Notes: generated by a model not told the origin, from the sequence alone. A DNA stretch of 58,071 bases from an uncultured Oscillospiraceae bacterium (GCA_964485125.1 CAZAIF010000001.1:1-58071); one strand, 5' to 3'; positions 36,368-46,036 are shown, counted from the first letter of the stretch. Numbers and translations are program-made.

Positions 36368-37234
36368 ATGAAGTCAAAGATCAACCCCCTGGAACGAGGG
36401 ATACACATCTTCTTTCTGATCTGCGGAATCCTCTCGGTGGGCTTTGTGCTGTTCATCAGTATCTACCTGATCGTCTCCGGCCTTCCGGCGATGTTCCAGA
36501 TCGGGCCCATCAACTTCCTGTTCGGCCAGAAGTGGGCGGCGGGCACTGAGGATTTTGGCATTCTGCCGTTCATTCTCACCAGTATTTCCGGCACTGCCGG
36601 CGCCGTGATCATCGGCGTCCCCCTGGGCATCATGACCGCGGTCTTCCTGGCCAAGGTGGCGCCCCCCAAGATCTCCCGGGTGATCCACACCGCCGTAGAG
36701 CTGCTGGCCGGCATTCCCTCGGTGGTCTACGGCCTGGTGGGCATGGTGGTGCTGGTGCCCGCCATCCAGCGGGCCTTCCATCTGGCCTCCGGCGCCTGCC
36801 TGCTGGCGGCCATCCTGGTGCTGACCGTCATGATTCTGCCCTATATCGTCAACGTCTCTGAGACCGCCCTGCGGGCCGTCCCCAGGGAGTACGAGGAGGC
36901 ATCCCTGGCCCTGGGGGCCACCAAGACTGAGACCTATTTCCGGGTTTCCCTCCACGCCGCCCGGAGCGGCGTGGCCACCGCCGTGGTCCAGGGCATCGGC
37001 CGGGCCATCGGCGAGGCCATGGCCATCATCATGGTCTCCGGAAACGTGGCCAATATGCCCGGGCTGTTCAAATCGGTCCGGTTCCTGACTACCGCCATTG
37101 CCTCCGAGATGTCCTACGCCGCCTACGGCAGCCTGCAGCGCCAGGCCCTGTTCTCCATCGGCCTGGTCCTCTTCCTGTTCATCATGCTGATCAATGCGTT
37201 TCTGAATCTCGTGATCCAAAAGGAGCGTGCTTAA
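36368..37234 (+). CDS. pstC: phosphate ABC transporter permease PstC
   Basis: 288 aa polytopic; 'EEASLALGATK.ET'; operon position. Confidence 0.92.
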   Translation: MKSKINPLERGIHIFFLICGILSVGFVLFISIYLIVSGLPAMFQIGPINFLFGQKWAAGTEDFGILPFILTSISGTAGAVIIGVPLGIMTAVFLAKVAPPKISRVIHTAVELLAGIPSVVYGLVGMVVLVPAIQRAFHLASGACLLAAILVLTVMILPYIVNVSETALRAVPREYEEASLALGATKTETYFRVSLHAARSGVATAVVQGIGRAIGEAMAIIMVSGNVANMPGLFKSVRFLTTAIASEMSYAAYGSLQRQALFSIGLVLFLFIMLINAFLNLVIQKERA

Positions 37235-37235
37235 T

Positions 37236-38093
37236 ATGAAGGAAGGACGTTCACTCGGCCGCAAGGCCAAGGATTGGGCGCTCCAGGGGATCATGTACCT
37301 CTGCGCCGGCATCACCTGCGCCCTGCTGATCTTTATGATCGGTTATATCTTCTACCGGGGCATCCCCCATCTGACCTGGCAGCTGCTCAGCACCCAGACC
37401 AGCTATCTCCAGGGCACCATCGGCATCCTGCCCAACATCCTGAATACCATTTATATTATCATCGTCTCCATGGTCATCGTGGTCCCCCTGGGGGTGTGCG
37501 CCGCCATCTATCTGACGGAGTACGCCGCCAATAAAAAGATCGTTCGGCTCATCAGCTTCGCCACCGAGACCCTGACCGGCATTCCCTCCATCATCTTCGG
37601 CCTGGTGGGCATGCTGTTCTTCATCCAGATCCTGGGCATCCGCCAGGGCATCCTGGCCGGCGGCCTGACCCTGGTGGTCATGGTGCTGCCCACCATCATC
37701 AGCAACACCACCGAGAGCCTCAAGACCGTGCCCGACTCCTACCGGGAGGGCTCCCTGGCCCTGGGCAGCGGCAAGTGGCACATGGTGCGCACCGTGGTGC
37801 TGCCCAACTCCATCGACGGCATTGTCACCGGCTGCATCCTGGCCATCGGCCGCATCGTGGGCGAGTCCGCCGCCCTGCTGTTCACCGCCGGCTTCGGTCT
37901 GGTGCTCAACGACTTCTTCGCTTCCCTGACCTCCTCCTCCGCAACGCTGACGGTGGCCCTGTACGTCTTTGCCAGCGAGCGGGGCGAGATCGGCGTGGCC
38001 TTCGCCATTGCCGCCATCCTGATGATCCTCACCTTCATCCTGAACTTCGCGGCCAACCTCGCCGCCAAGAAACTGAAACGAAAGGGTTCTTAA
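37236..38093 (+). CDS. pstA: phosphate ABC transporter permease PstA
   Basis: '[12 protein letters not shown]'; ATG 37236 lies 10 nt after AAAGGAG. Confidence 0.92.
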   Translation: MKEGRSLGRKAKDWALQGIMYLCAGITCALLIFMIGYIFYRGIPHLTWQLLSTQTSYLQGTIGILPNILNTIYIIIVSMVIVVPLGVCAAIYLTEYAANKKIVRLISFATETLTGIPSIIFGLVGMLFFIQILGIRQGILAGGLTLVVMVLPTIISNTTESLKTVPDSYREGSLALGSGKWHMVRTVVLPNSIDGIVTGCILAIGRIVGESAALLFTAGFGLVLNDFFASLTSSSATLTVALYVFASERGEIGVAFAIAAILMILTFILNFAANLAAKKLKRKGS

Positions 38094-38095
38094 CT

Positions 38096-38851
38096 ATGCC
38101 TGGAATGATAGAGACAAAAGATCTGGACCTCTGGTATGGCGACCATCAGGCCCTGCACTCCATCAATGTGGAGATCCCGGACCATCAGGTCACCGCTCTG
38201 ATCGGTCCCTCCGGCTGCGGCAAGTCCACCTTCCTGAAGACCCTGAACCGGATGAACGATCTGGTGGAGGGCATCCGCATCGAGGGCCTGGTCAGCTACA
38301 ACGGCACCGACATCTACAGCCCCTCCACCGACGTGACCTGGCTGCGCAAGCAGATCGGCATGGTGTTCCAGAAGGCCAACCCCTTCCCCATGAGCATCTA
38401 CGACAACGTGGCCTACGGCCCCCGCACCCACGGCGTCCGGGCCAAGAGCGAACTGGACGGCATCGTGGAAAAGGCCCTGCGGGACGCCGCCATCTGGGAC
38501 GAGGTCAAGGACCGGCTGAAGACCAGCGCTCTGGGCATGTCCGGCGGCCAGCAGCAGCGGCTGTGCATCGCCCGTGCCCTGGCGGTTCAGCCTGACATCC
38601 TGCTGCTGGACGAGTCCACCAGCGCCCTGGACCCCATCTCCACCTCCAAAATCGAGGACTTGATTGGCGAGCTGAAAAAGGAATATACTGTCATTATGGT
38701 CACGCATAATATGCAGCAGGCAGTGCGTATTTCCGATATGACCGCCTTTTTCCTGCTGGGCGAGCTGATCGAGTTCGGCCAGACCGAGCAGATTTTCAGC
38801 ATGCCAAAGAACAAGAAGACGGAAGACTACATTTCCGGGAGGTTCGGATAA
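38096..38851 (+). CDS. pstB: phosphate ABC transporter ATP-binding protein
   Basis: '[11 protein letters not shown]', '[14 protein letters not shown]', '[12 protein letters not shown]', 'VTHNMQQA'. Confidence 0.95.
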   Translation: MPGMIETKDLDLWYGDHQALHSINVEIPDHQVTALIGPSGCGKSTFLKTLNRMNDLVEGIRIEGLVSYNGTDIYSPSTDVTWLRKQIGMVFQKANPFPMSIYDNVAYGPRTHGVRAKSELDGIVEKALRDAAIWDEVKDRLKTSALGMSGGQQQRLCIARALAVQPDILLLDESTSALDPISTSKIEDLIGELKKEYTVIMVTHNMQQAVRISDMTAFFLLGELIEFGQTEQIFSMPKNKKTEDYISGRFG

Positions 38852-38853
38852 CC

Positions 38854-39513
38854 ATGAGAAATGCATACAACGAGCAGCTCCAGACCCTGCACCGGGATCT
38901 GACCGAGATGGGCGCCATGTGCGAGACTGCGGTCAGCCTGGCGGTCCAGGCCGTCACCCTGGGGGACACCGAACTGGCCGCCCAGGTCTACGAGGTGGAC
39001 GGCAAGATCGACAAGGCGGAGCGGGACATCGAGTCCCTGTGCCTGAAGCTGCTGCTCCAGCAGCAGCCGGTGGCCACCGACCTGCGGGTGATCTCCTCCG
39101 CCCTAAAGATGATCACCGACCTGGAGCGCATCGGCGACCAGGCCTCCGACATCGCCGAGATGTCCCGGTTCACCGCCGGCGGGGATGACAAATGCGCCTC
39201 CGACCTGCGGGAGATGGCCAAGGAGGCTGTCAAGATGGTCAACGAGAGCATCGATTCCTTCGTCAAAAAGGACCTGGTCACGGCCCGCAGCGTCATCGCC
39301 TACGACGCGGTGGTGGACCGCTGGTTTGAGCGGATCAAGACCGACCTGATCGCCTCCATCTCCGAGGACAACACCCGGGGCGAGTACTACCTGGACCAGC
39401 TGATGGTAGCCAAGTACCTGGAACGCATCGGTGACCACGCCACCAACATCGCCGAGTGGGTGGAGTACTCCATCCTGGGAAAGCGTTCCAAGGACGGCGT
39501 TATCTCCGAGTGA
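38854..39513 (+). CDS. phoU: phosphate signalling complex protein PhoU
   Basis: Duplicated 'ERIGD.A.NIAE' motifs. Confidence 0.92.
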   Translation: MRNAYNEQLQTLHRDLTEMGAMCETAVSLAVQAVTLGDTELAAQVYEVDGKIDKAERDIESLCLKLLLQQQPVATDLRVISSALKMITDLERIGDQASDIAEMSRFTAGGDDKCASDLREMAKEAVKMVNESIDSFVKKDLVTARSVIAYDAVVDRWFERIKTDLIASISEDNTRGEYYLDQLMVAKYLERIGDHATNIAEWVEYSILGKRSKDGVISE

Positions 39514-39577
39514 TCCCCGGGCGGGAGAGATTCCGTCCCCGGCAGCACCCAACAACAGTTTGATCAATCGTATTTGA

Positions 39578-39612
39578 CAGCCCCGGGCCGCAGAGACCCG
39601 GGGCTGTTTTTT
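39578..39612 (+). terminator. rho-independent terminator of the pst-phoU operon
   Basis: ACAGCCCCGGG / CCCGGGGCTGT stem followed by TTTTTT. Confidence 0.85.
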
Positions 39613-39732
39613 GCCGACCTCTGTTAAGTTACTTCACACAAACCATCGATTTTTACCGGAAGACATGGCTGAAATCCCTGAAAACAGGGCGATTGCGTTG
39701 CACTAAAATGGGTAATTTTTACGTATTTTTAC

Positions 39733-39774
39733 ATTTAATATAGATTTAACAAAAACATGGTTTCAGATTTAATG
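39733..39774 (+). promoter_or_regulatory. Pho box upstream of the Na/Pi cotransporter gene
   Basis: TTTAA repeats at 39734, 39745 and 39768; core ATTTAACAaaaacaTGGTTTCAGATTTAATG is nearly identical to the pstS site. Confidence 0.6.
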
Positions 39775-39894
39775 TATTCTCCTTATGCTGTCTGCGGAGC
39801 TTATGAAATAGAGAAAAAGGGAAGGATTCAGAAAAGAATAGGTTAATTCCACGCCATTGCTTCCCAATCGGAAAGAGGAGAAGAGGACGAGTTT

Positions 39895-41643
39895 ATGGAT
39901 CTGTTTGATGTATTGACGATGATCGGCGGACTATGTCTGTTCCTGTTCGGCATGAATGTGATGGGCGCCGCCCTGGAGAAGCGGGCGGGCAGCGGCCTGA
40001 AGACTCTGCTGGGCAAGCTTACCAGCAGCAAGATGACAGGTTTTCTGACCGGACTGGGGGTCACCGGGGTGATCCAGTCCTCCTCCGCCACCACTGTGAT
40101 GGTGGTGGGTTTTGTCAACTCGGGGCTGATGACTCTAAAGCAGGCCATCAACGTGATTATGGGTGCTAATGTGGGCACTACGGTGACCGCCTGGATTCTG
40201 AGCCTGACTGGCATCCAAGGGGACAATATTTTTGTCCGGCTGCTGAATCCATCAGCCTTTACCCCCATCCTGGCCCTGATCGGCATCATTTTCTATATGG
40301 GCAGCAAATCCAGCAAGCTGAAGGATACCGGCATGATCCTGCTGGGCTTTGCCACCCTGATGTTCGGCATGGACACCATGTCCTCCGCGGTGTCCGGGCT
40401 CCAGGACGTGCCCGAGTTCCAGAACATTCTGCTGATGTTCTCCAACCCCATCCTGGGGGTGCTGGCCGGCGCCATTCTGACCGGCATCATCCAGTCCTCC
40501 TCGGCCTCGGTGGGCATTCTGCAGGCCCTGTCCTCCACCGGCCAGGTCACCTTCGGCACCGCCATCCCCATCATTATGGGCCAGAACATTGGCACCTGTG
40601 TTACCGCCCTGCTCTCCTCGGTGGGCACCAATAAGAATGCCCGCCGGGCCGCCGTGGTTCATCTGTGCTTCAATGTCATCGGCACCATTGTCTGGTTGAG
40701 CGTGTTCTGCATTCTCAACGGCATCTTCCGCTTTGCTTTTGTCTCCCAGCCCGCCGACCAGCTGGGCATCGCCATCGTCCACACTGTCTTCAACGTGCTG
40801 TGCACCTGCCTGATGCTGCCCGCCAGCGGCCTGTTGGAAAAGTTGTCCTGCAAGATCATCCCCGATGCCAAGACCGAGGAGAGCAAGATCCAGTTGGATG
40901 AGCGGCTGATGGCCACCCCCTCCATTGCCCTGGAGCGCTGCCGTGTGGTCACCGGCGAGATGGCCGCCGACGCCGCCGACGCCCTGAACACCTCGCTGCA
41001 GATGGTGGGGAGCTATGACGCCGAGCAGGCCGCCCGGGTGCGGGAGAAGGAAGAGGAGACCGACCACTGTGAGGACAGCCTGGGCACCTATCTGGTGCGG
41101 CTGAGCACCTGCTCCCTGAGCGATCAGGACAGCCATGAGGCGGCCAAGCTGCTCCATGTGATCGGAGACTTCGAGCGGATCGCCGACCACGCGGTGAACA
41201 TCCTGGAGTCCGCCGAGGAGATCCGGGAGAAGCACATCCAGTTCTCCCCCGAGGCGGAGCAGGAGCTGCGGGTCATCAGCTCCGCCGTGGAGGAGTGCCT
41301 CTCCCTGGCCCTGAAGAGCTTTATGGAGGACGACCTGAAGACCGCCGGCCAGGTGGAGCCCCTGGAGGAGGTCATCGACACCCTGCGCAGCCAGCTGCGC
41401 TCCCGGCATGTGCTCCGGCTGCAAAAAGGGAAATGCTCCATTGAGGACGGCTTTGTCTGGTCTGACCTCCTGACGAACCTGGAGCGGGTGAGCGACCACT
41501 GCTCCAACATCGCCGGCTGCGTCATCGAGATGGCCCACTCCAGCCTGGATCTGCATGAGTACCTGACCGGCATTCGCACCGAGGACCCCCAGTATATGGA
41601 GTACTATAACCAGTATGCGAAGAAGTACGCCCTGGTGAAATGA
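39895..41643 (+). CDS. Na+/phosphate cotransporter family protein with C-terminal PhoU-like domains
   Basis: 'LFLFGM..M...L', duplicated 'QSSSA(T/S)' repeats, C-terminal 'ERI(A/S)DH' motifs. Confidence 0.9.
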   Translation: MDLFDVLTMIGGLCLFLFGMNVMGAALEKRAGSGLKTLLGKLTSSKMTGFLTGLGVTGVIQSSSATTVMVVGFVNSGLMTLKQAINVIMGANVGTTVTAWILSLTGIQGDNIFVRLLNPSAFTPILALIGIIFYMGSKSSKLKDTGMILLGFATLMFGMDTMSSAVSGLQDVPEFQNILLMFSNPILGVLAGAILTGIIQSSSASVGILQALSSTGQVTFGTAIPIIMGQNIGTCVTALLSSVGTNKNARRAAVVHLCFNVIGTIVWLSVFCILNGIFRFAFVSQPADQLGIAIVHTVFNVLCTCLMLPASGLLEKLSCKIIPDAKTEESKIQLDERLMATPSIALERCRVVTGEMAADAADALNTSLQMVGSYDAEQAARVREKEEETDHCEDSLGTYLVRLSTCSLSDQDSHEAAKLLHVIGDFERIADHAVNILESAEEIREKHIQFSPEAEQELRVISSAVEECLSLALKSFMEDDLKTAGQVEPLEEVIDTLRSQLRSRHVLRLQKGKCSIEDGFVWSDLLTNLERVSDHCSNIAGCVIEMAHSSLDLHEYLTGIRTEDPQYMEYYNQYAKKYALVK

Positions 41644-41688
41644 GCTCCCGCGGCGCTGGCGGAGCGTGTCCCGGAGCGCAACTGTACG

Positions 41689-41727
41689 CGGCCCCCGGAC
41701 TGTGATTCCGGGGGCCGTAAAAATTTT
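41689..41727 (+). terminator. terminator-like hairpin
   Basis: CGGCCCCCGGA / TCCGGGGGCCG stem; weak tail TAAAAATTTT. Confidence 0.5.
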
Positions 41728-41821
41728 GTGAAAAGGGGAAAAAGAGAATTGACGTGGGCAAAATAAGGTGTATTCTATAGAGGGCAAGAATCAATCCAAC
41801 GACAGAAAGGAGCGGCAGAGG

Positions 41822-42196
41822 ATGAAATTCTATATCTGCGACCACTGCGGCAACATCGTGGCCTATGTCAAGGACAAGGGCGTGCCGGTGATGTGCTGCG
41901 GGCAGAAGATGCGGGAGCTGGTTCCCAACACCACCGACGCGGCGGTGGAGAAGCACGTGCCGGTCATCCAGGTGGAGGGCAATCATGTCACCGTTACCGT
42001 CAGCACCGCCGAGCATCCCATGGTGGAGGAGCACTTTATCGAGTGGATCGCTCTGGAGACCCGCCAGGGCAACCAACGCAAGTCCCTCGCTCCCGGACAG
42101 AAGCCCCAGGCGGAGTTTATGATCTGCGAGGGGGATGAGGTTGCGGCCGCCTATGCCTACTGCAACCTGCACGGACTTTGGAAAGGAACGGTGTGA
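41822..42196 (+). CDS. desulfoferrodoxin (class I superoxide reductase)
   Basis: N-terminal desulforedoxin Cys 'CDHCGN...CCG', neelaredoxin centre 'EKHVP', 'HPM..EH.IEWI', 'YCNLHGLW'. Confidence 0.9.
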   Translation: MKFYICDHCGNIVAYVKDKGVPVMCCGQKMRELVPNTTDAAVEKHVPVIQVEGNHVTVTVSTAEHPMVEEHFIEWIALETRQGNQRKSLAPGQKPQAEFMICEGDEVAAAYAYCNLHGLWKGTV

Positions 42197-42202
42197 ATCG
42201 AC

Positions 42203-42358
42203 ATGAAGTATATCTGCACGATCTGCGGCTATGAGTACGATGAGACCCTGGGAGATCCCGACAACGGCATCGCCCCCGGCACCAAGTGGGAGGATCTGCC
42301 TGACGATTTCGCCTGTCCCCTCTGCGGCGTGGGCAAGGACCAGTTTGAGCAGGCCTGA
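42203..42358 (+). CDS. rubredoxin
   Basis: 51 aa '[13 protein letters not shown]...[20 protein letters not shown]'; not in the ORF track (<60 aa). Confidence 0.9.
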   Translation: MKYICTICGYEYDETLGDPDNGIAPGTKWEDLPDDFACPLCGVGKDQFEQA

Positions 42359-42430
42359 CCCGGACAACCACATCTGCCCCCAAACGCGCCTCGGACCGCC
42401 GGTCCGGGGCGCGGTGCCTGTAACAGGAGA

Positions 42431-42466
42431 CAAGGCCCCGGCCGTCGGAAGACGGCCGGGGCCTTG
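42431..42466. terminator. 16-bp GC-rich hairpin between convergent units
   Basis: CAAGGCCCCGGCCGTC-GGAA-GACGGCCGGGGCCTTG; poor U-tract on either strand. Confidence 0.5.
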
Positions 42467-42507
42467 TAATGTATAGAGGGTAGGATAGGGAAACTCAGAA
42501 ATCCACC

Positions 42508-42768
42508 TCAGTGTCGTAGTAGCCGCACTTGAGCGGCTTCTCCATCTCCTCCTGAGAGGGCTGGCGGGGGGGTGGAGCCGGTCTTGTGGCCATGGAGTGG
42601 ACGATGCCCAGCAGGGCTCGGAGAAGTCCTCCGCCGGCCGCTGGACCAGGCCGTAGTGGTCCAGCATCTCCTGTTCCAGAGGGGATAGACCATCATGAAG
42701 GCGTTGGAGATGTACCCCGCCCGGGGGACGCAGAGGCTGAAGTGCTGGAGGGTGGCCTCCCTCCTCAC
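42508..42768 (-). pseudogene. small ORF downstream of dus, apparently broken by two frameshifts
   Basis: Protein-like sense is spread over three frames: '...EATLQHFSLCVPRAGYISNAFMMVYPL' / 'EQEMLDHYGLVQRPAEDFSE' / 'LLGIVHSMATRP...EEMEKPLKCGYYDTEVDF*'. Both frame switches are at C-runs. Its GTG overlaps the dus stop codon (GTGA). Confidence 0.3.
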
Positions 42769-43712
42769 TTCTCCGGCCGGTATCCGGCGCCGGGGATCAG
42801 CGCCTCGTTGTGGAACAGGGCGTTCACAGTGCTCTCATACTCGCTGAGGTGCCGGGTTTTGCGGATGACCTTCTGGTAGGGCTGGTAGTTGGTGAAGCTC
42901 TGGATCAGGTAGGCCCAGACTCCCTTCATCTTGCACAGCACCGGCCCGTCCCCGTAGAGTATGCCCCGGTAGCCCTCCAGCAGCTGGGCGTGGAAGTCCT
43001 CCAGCACCCCTTTGTCCGGTGTGCCCCCCAGCAGCCAGGGGTTGCACAGGATGCCCCGGCCCAGCATAGCCGTTTTCACCTGGGGGTATCGGGCCTGAAA
43101 GCGCTCCAGGTCGGAGCGGGTGAACAGGTCGCCGTTGTAGGTGACCGGCCAGGGGGGATCGTCCAGGGCCTGTTCAAAGGCGGCCATCCGGGGGGAGCCC
43201 TGGTAGTAGTCCTTCTGGATGCGGGGGTGGATGATGAGCTCCGTGCAGGGGTAGCGCCGGAAGAGCTCCAGCAGCCGGGGCCACTCCTCCTCGCTGGTGC
43301 GGCCCACCCGGGTCTTGATGGAGATCTTCAGGGGGCAGGCGGAGAAGATCTCGTCCAAAAACCGCTCCAGCTCCTCGGGGAGGCTGAGGAAACCGGCCCC
43401 CTTGCCCTTGGCGGCCACGGTACCCGAGGGGCAGCCCAGGTTCAGGTTGACCTCCCCGTAGCCCATGGCCGCCAGCTCCCGGCAGGTGGTCAGGAAATAG
43501 TCCGACCGGTTGGTCAAAATCTGGGGCACTAGGTCCATGCCCTGGTTGTGCTCGGGCAGCACCTCGCTGCGCTCCCGGGTGTTGAGCCCCTTGTTCATGT
43601 TGGGGGAGATGAAGGGGGAAAAATACCGGTCTGCCGGGACAAAGTGCCGGTGGTAGGCCTGCCGGTAGACCCAGGTGGTGACCCCCTCCATGGGGGCTAG
43701 TTCAAACTGCAC
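42765..43712 (-). CDS. tRNA-dihydrouridine synthase family protein
   Basis: 'LAPMEGVT', 'VNLNLGCPS......KG.GA.L', 'I..KTR.G'; GTG 43712 lies 6 nt after AAAGGAGGGAG. Confidence 0.85.
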   Translation of the reverse strand: MQFELAPMEGVTTWVYRQAYHRHFVPADRYFSPFISPNMNKGLNTRERSEVLPEHNQGMDLVPQILTNRSDYFLTTCRELAAMGYGEVNLNLGCPSGTVAAKGKGAGFLSLPEELERFLDEIFSACPLKISIKTRVGRTSEEEWPRLLELFRRYPCTELIIHPRIQKDYYQGSPRMAAFEQALDDPPWPVTYNGDLFTRSDLERFQARYPQVKTAMLGRGILCNPWLLGGTPDKGVLEDFHAQLLEGYRGILYGDGPVLCKMKGVWAYLIQSFTNYQPYQKVIRKTRHLSEYESTVNALFHNEALIPGAGYRPEK

Positions 43713-43832
43713 AGTCCGCTCCCTCCTTTTTCGTGAAAATTGTACCATGCCTCCGGGGGAAAAACAAGCCATTTGCGCCCCGCCCGGCCCGTGCCGGGGC
43801 TGAGGCGCTGCGACAGGCTCCGGCGGGCGGGG

Positions 43833-43952
43833 TCAGCTCGTCAGCTTCAGCCCCACAATGCCCGCCGGCATCCCGGCGATGGTGAGCACCGAGAATCCCA
43901 GCTTGGTGAACCCGTGGGACAGCTTCAGAAAGGTGGCCCAGAAGACCTCCAT
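43833..43952 (-). CDS. candidate 39-aa hydrophobic peptide (MEVFWATFLKLSHGFTKLGFSVLTIAGMPAGIVGLKLTS)
   Basis: Strong G/C third-position bias; one TM helix; its start abuts the stop of an 8-codon uORF that carries the AAAGGAGG RBS (TAGATG junction). Confidence 0.3.
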   Translation of the reverse strand: MEVFWATFLKLSHGFTKLGFSVLTIAGMPAGIVGLKLTS

Positions 43953-43995
43953 CTAAAAAGACCCATGGCATAGTCGCATTTACCTCCTTTTGGAC

Positions 43996-44056
43996 AAAAA
44001 AGAAAGGCGTCCCCGCCCCTCATCTGCTTCGGCCTGACGATGAGAGTGGAAACGCC
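43996..44056 (-). terminator. compound hairpin with U-tract downstream of the peptide ABC operon
   Basis: Minus strand GGCGT...CTCATC-loop-GATGAG...ACGCC followed by TTTCTTTTTT. Confidence 0.5.
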
Positions 44057-44167
44057 ACCTGTCCGCCCAGCGGTGGACAGGTTCCGCATTAAAACAGCAC
44101 AGGGGAAGGGAGATGTCAAGCCCCCGGCCGGAGGGGAACTCCGGCCGGGGGCCTTGCCGATGGCGCG

Positions 44168-45076
44168 TCAGAGGGAGGTGGGGTCCAGGGCGTCCCGGAG
44201 GGCGTCGCCGATGAAGTTGATGGCCACCACCAGCAGGATGATGACCACCCCCGGCGGCACCCAGAGCCAGGGCTTGCTGGTCAAGATGGTCAGGTTCTCC
44301 GCCCCGTTGAGCATGCTGCCCAGGGAGGCGGTGGGGGGCTGTACCCCCATGCCCAGGAAGCTCAGGGCGGCCTCGTCCAGCATGCTGATGGCCACCACGC
44401 TGGTGGCGTAGACCAGCACCGGGGCGATGGTGTTGGGCAGGATGTCGCTGAAGAGCAGGTACCGCCGGGACATGCCGGACAGCTGGCTGCTCTTGACGAA
44501 GTTGGATTCCCGGAGGGAGAGGGTGTTGCCCCGCACCAGCCGGGCCACCCCGGGCCAGTCCACCAGGCCCAGGATCAGGATGATGGACCAGAGCCCCGGG
44601 TCAAAGATGGCGGCGGCCACCAGCACCAGCAGGATGTAGGGGAAGCTCATAAAGGCGTCGGTGAGGCGCATGATGACCATGTCCACCACCCCGCCGAAGA
44701 AGCCGCTGACCAGCCCCAGCACAACCCCCACGCAGGTGGAGATGGCGGCGGCCAGGATGCCCACCAGCAGGCTGACCCGGGTGCCGCTGAGCAGCCGGCT
44801 GAGCTGGTCCCGGCCGATCTGGTCGGTGCCCAGCCAGTGGGCCGGGGAGGGGGGCTCGGAGAAGGCGCCCACCGTCTCGTTGGGGGCATAGGGGCACAGC
44901 AGCGGGCCCACCAGGGCGGCCAGCACGATGAACAGCAGCACCCCGCAGCTCACCATGGCCAGCCGGTGGCGGCGGAACCGGCGCCAGACGGTCCGGCGGT
45001 AGGTCTCGCTCTCCTGGGGGGAGAGCACCACCCGGGGCCGGGCCGCCTTCTGTTTCAGAAATTTCTTGCCGTTCAC
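44168..45076 (-). CDS. peptide ABC transporter permease (OppC/DppC type)
   Basis: 'HWLGTDQIGRD', 'MRLTDAFMSFP', EAA-like 'VKSSQLSGMS'; GTG 45076 follows GGAGGG; GTGA overlap with the upstream gene. Confidence 0.9.
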   Translation of the reverse strand: MNGKKFLKQKAARPRVVLSPQESETYRRTVWRRFRRHRLAMVSCGVLLFIVLAALVGPLLCPYAPNETVGAFSEPPSPAHWLGTDQIGRDQLSRLLSGTRVSLLVGILAAAISTCVGVVLGLVSGFFGGVVDMVIMRLTDAFMSFPYILLVLVAAAIFDPGLWSIILILGLVDWPGVARLVRGNTLSLRESNFVKSSQLSGMSRRYLLFSDILPNTIAPVLVYATSVVAISMLDEAALSFLGMGVQPPTASLGSMLNGAENLTILTSKPWLWVPPGVVIILLVVAINFIGDALRDALDPTSL

Positions 45077-46035
45077 TTCTTGCCCTCCTTCTGGAAGGAG
45101 ATGGTGGGGTCGGCCACGGCGTAGAGGATGTCGGTGACCAGGTTGCCCAGCAGCACCACCACGGCGGTGAACAGGCACACCCCCATGATGACCGGATAGT
45201 CCCGGCTGGTGATGGCGCTCATGGTCATCAGCCCCAGCCCGGGCCAGGAGAACACCTGCTCCACCACCACGGCGCCCCCGAAGAGCACCGGGATCTCCAT
45301 GCCGATGACGGTGATGACCGTCAGCATGGCGTTGCGCAGGGCGTGCTTGTAGATGACCAGCCGCCGGCCGATGCCCTTGGCCTTGGCGGTGCGGAGGTAG
45401 TCCTGCTGGAGGATCTCCAGCACGGCGGAGCGGAAGTATCGGATGTTGGTGCCCGCCATGCCGAAGGCCAGCACCACCGTGGGCAGCACCATGTGCCATA
45501 TCACGTCCAGCACGCCGCCGCCCACCCCCAGGGTGACCATGCCGCTGGAGGGCAGCAGGCCCAGCTTGACGGTGAACAGGTAGATCAGCAGCAGGGCCAG
45601 GAAGAAGCTGGGCATGCTGGAGCCCAGGAAGGACAGGGAGACCACGGTATAATCCCCCTTGGAATAGGCGTGGGTGGCGGAGAAGATGCCGCCGATCAGG
45701 CTGAAGATCAGGCTGAGCACCAGGGCGGCCCCCATCAGCAGCAGGGTGGGCCCCAGGTGGGAGCCGATCATCTGGGTCACCGGCTGGAAGGTGGTGTAGC
45801 TGGTGCCCAGGTTGCCCTGGAGCAGCCCCAGCAGCCAGACGAAGTACTGGATATAGGGGGGCTTGTCCAGCCCCCAGTTAATGGCCCGCTGGGCCAGGGC
45901 GGCCTCGCTGACCCGGGCGCCGGTCATCATCTCCAGCGGGTTGCCCGACAGGCTCATCAGGGCGAAGTCGATGACCGTGATGAGAAAGAGCACCGGAATG
46001 GCGATCAAAATGCGTTTGAGGATGTACTTTGCCAT
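45073..46035 (-). CDS. peptide ABC transporter permease (OppB/DppB type)
   Basis: 'MAKYILKRILIAIPVLF..T...F', 'DYLRTAKAKG'. Confidence 0.92.
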   Translation of the reverse strand: MAKYILKRILIAIPVLFLITVIDFALMSLSGNPLEMMTGARVSEAALAQRAINWGLDKPPYIQYFVWLLGLLQGNLGTSYTTFQPVTQMIGSHLGPTLLLMGAALVLSLIFSLIGGIFSATHAYSKGDYTVVSLSFLGSSMPSFFLALLLIYLFTVKLGLLPSSGMVTLGVGGGVLDVIWHMVLPTVVLAFGMAGTNIRYFRSAVLEILQQDYLRTAKAKGIGRRLVIYKHALRNAMLTVITVIGMEIPVLFGGAVVVEQVFSWPGLGLMTMSAITSRDYPVIMGVCLFTAVVVLLGNLVTDILYAVADPTISFQKEGKK

Positions 46036-46036
46036 A

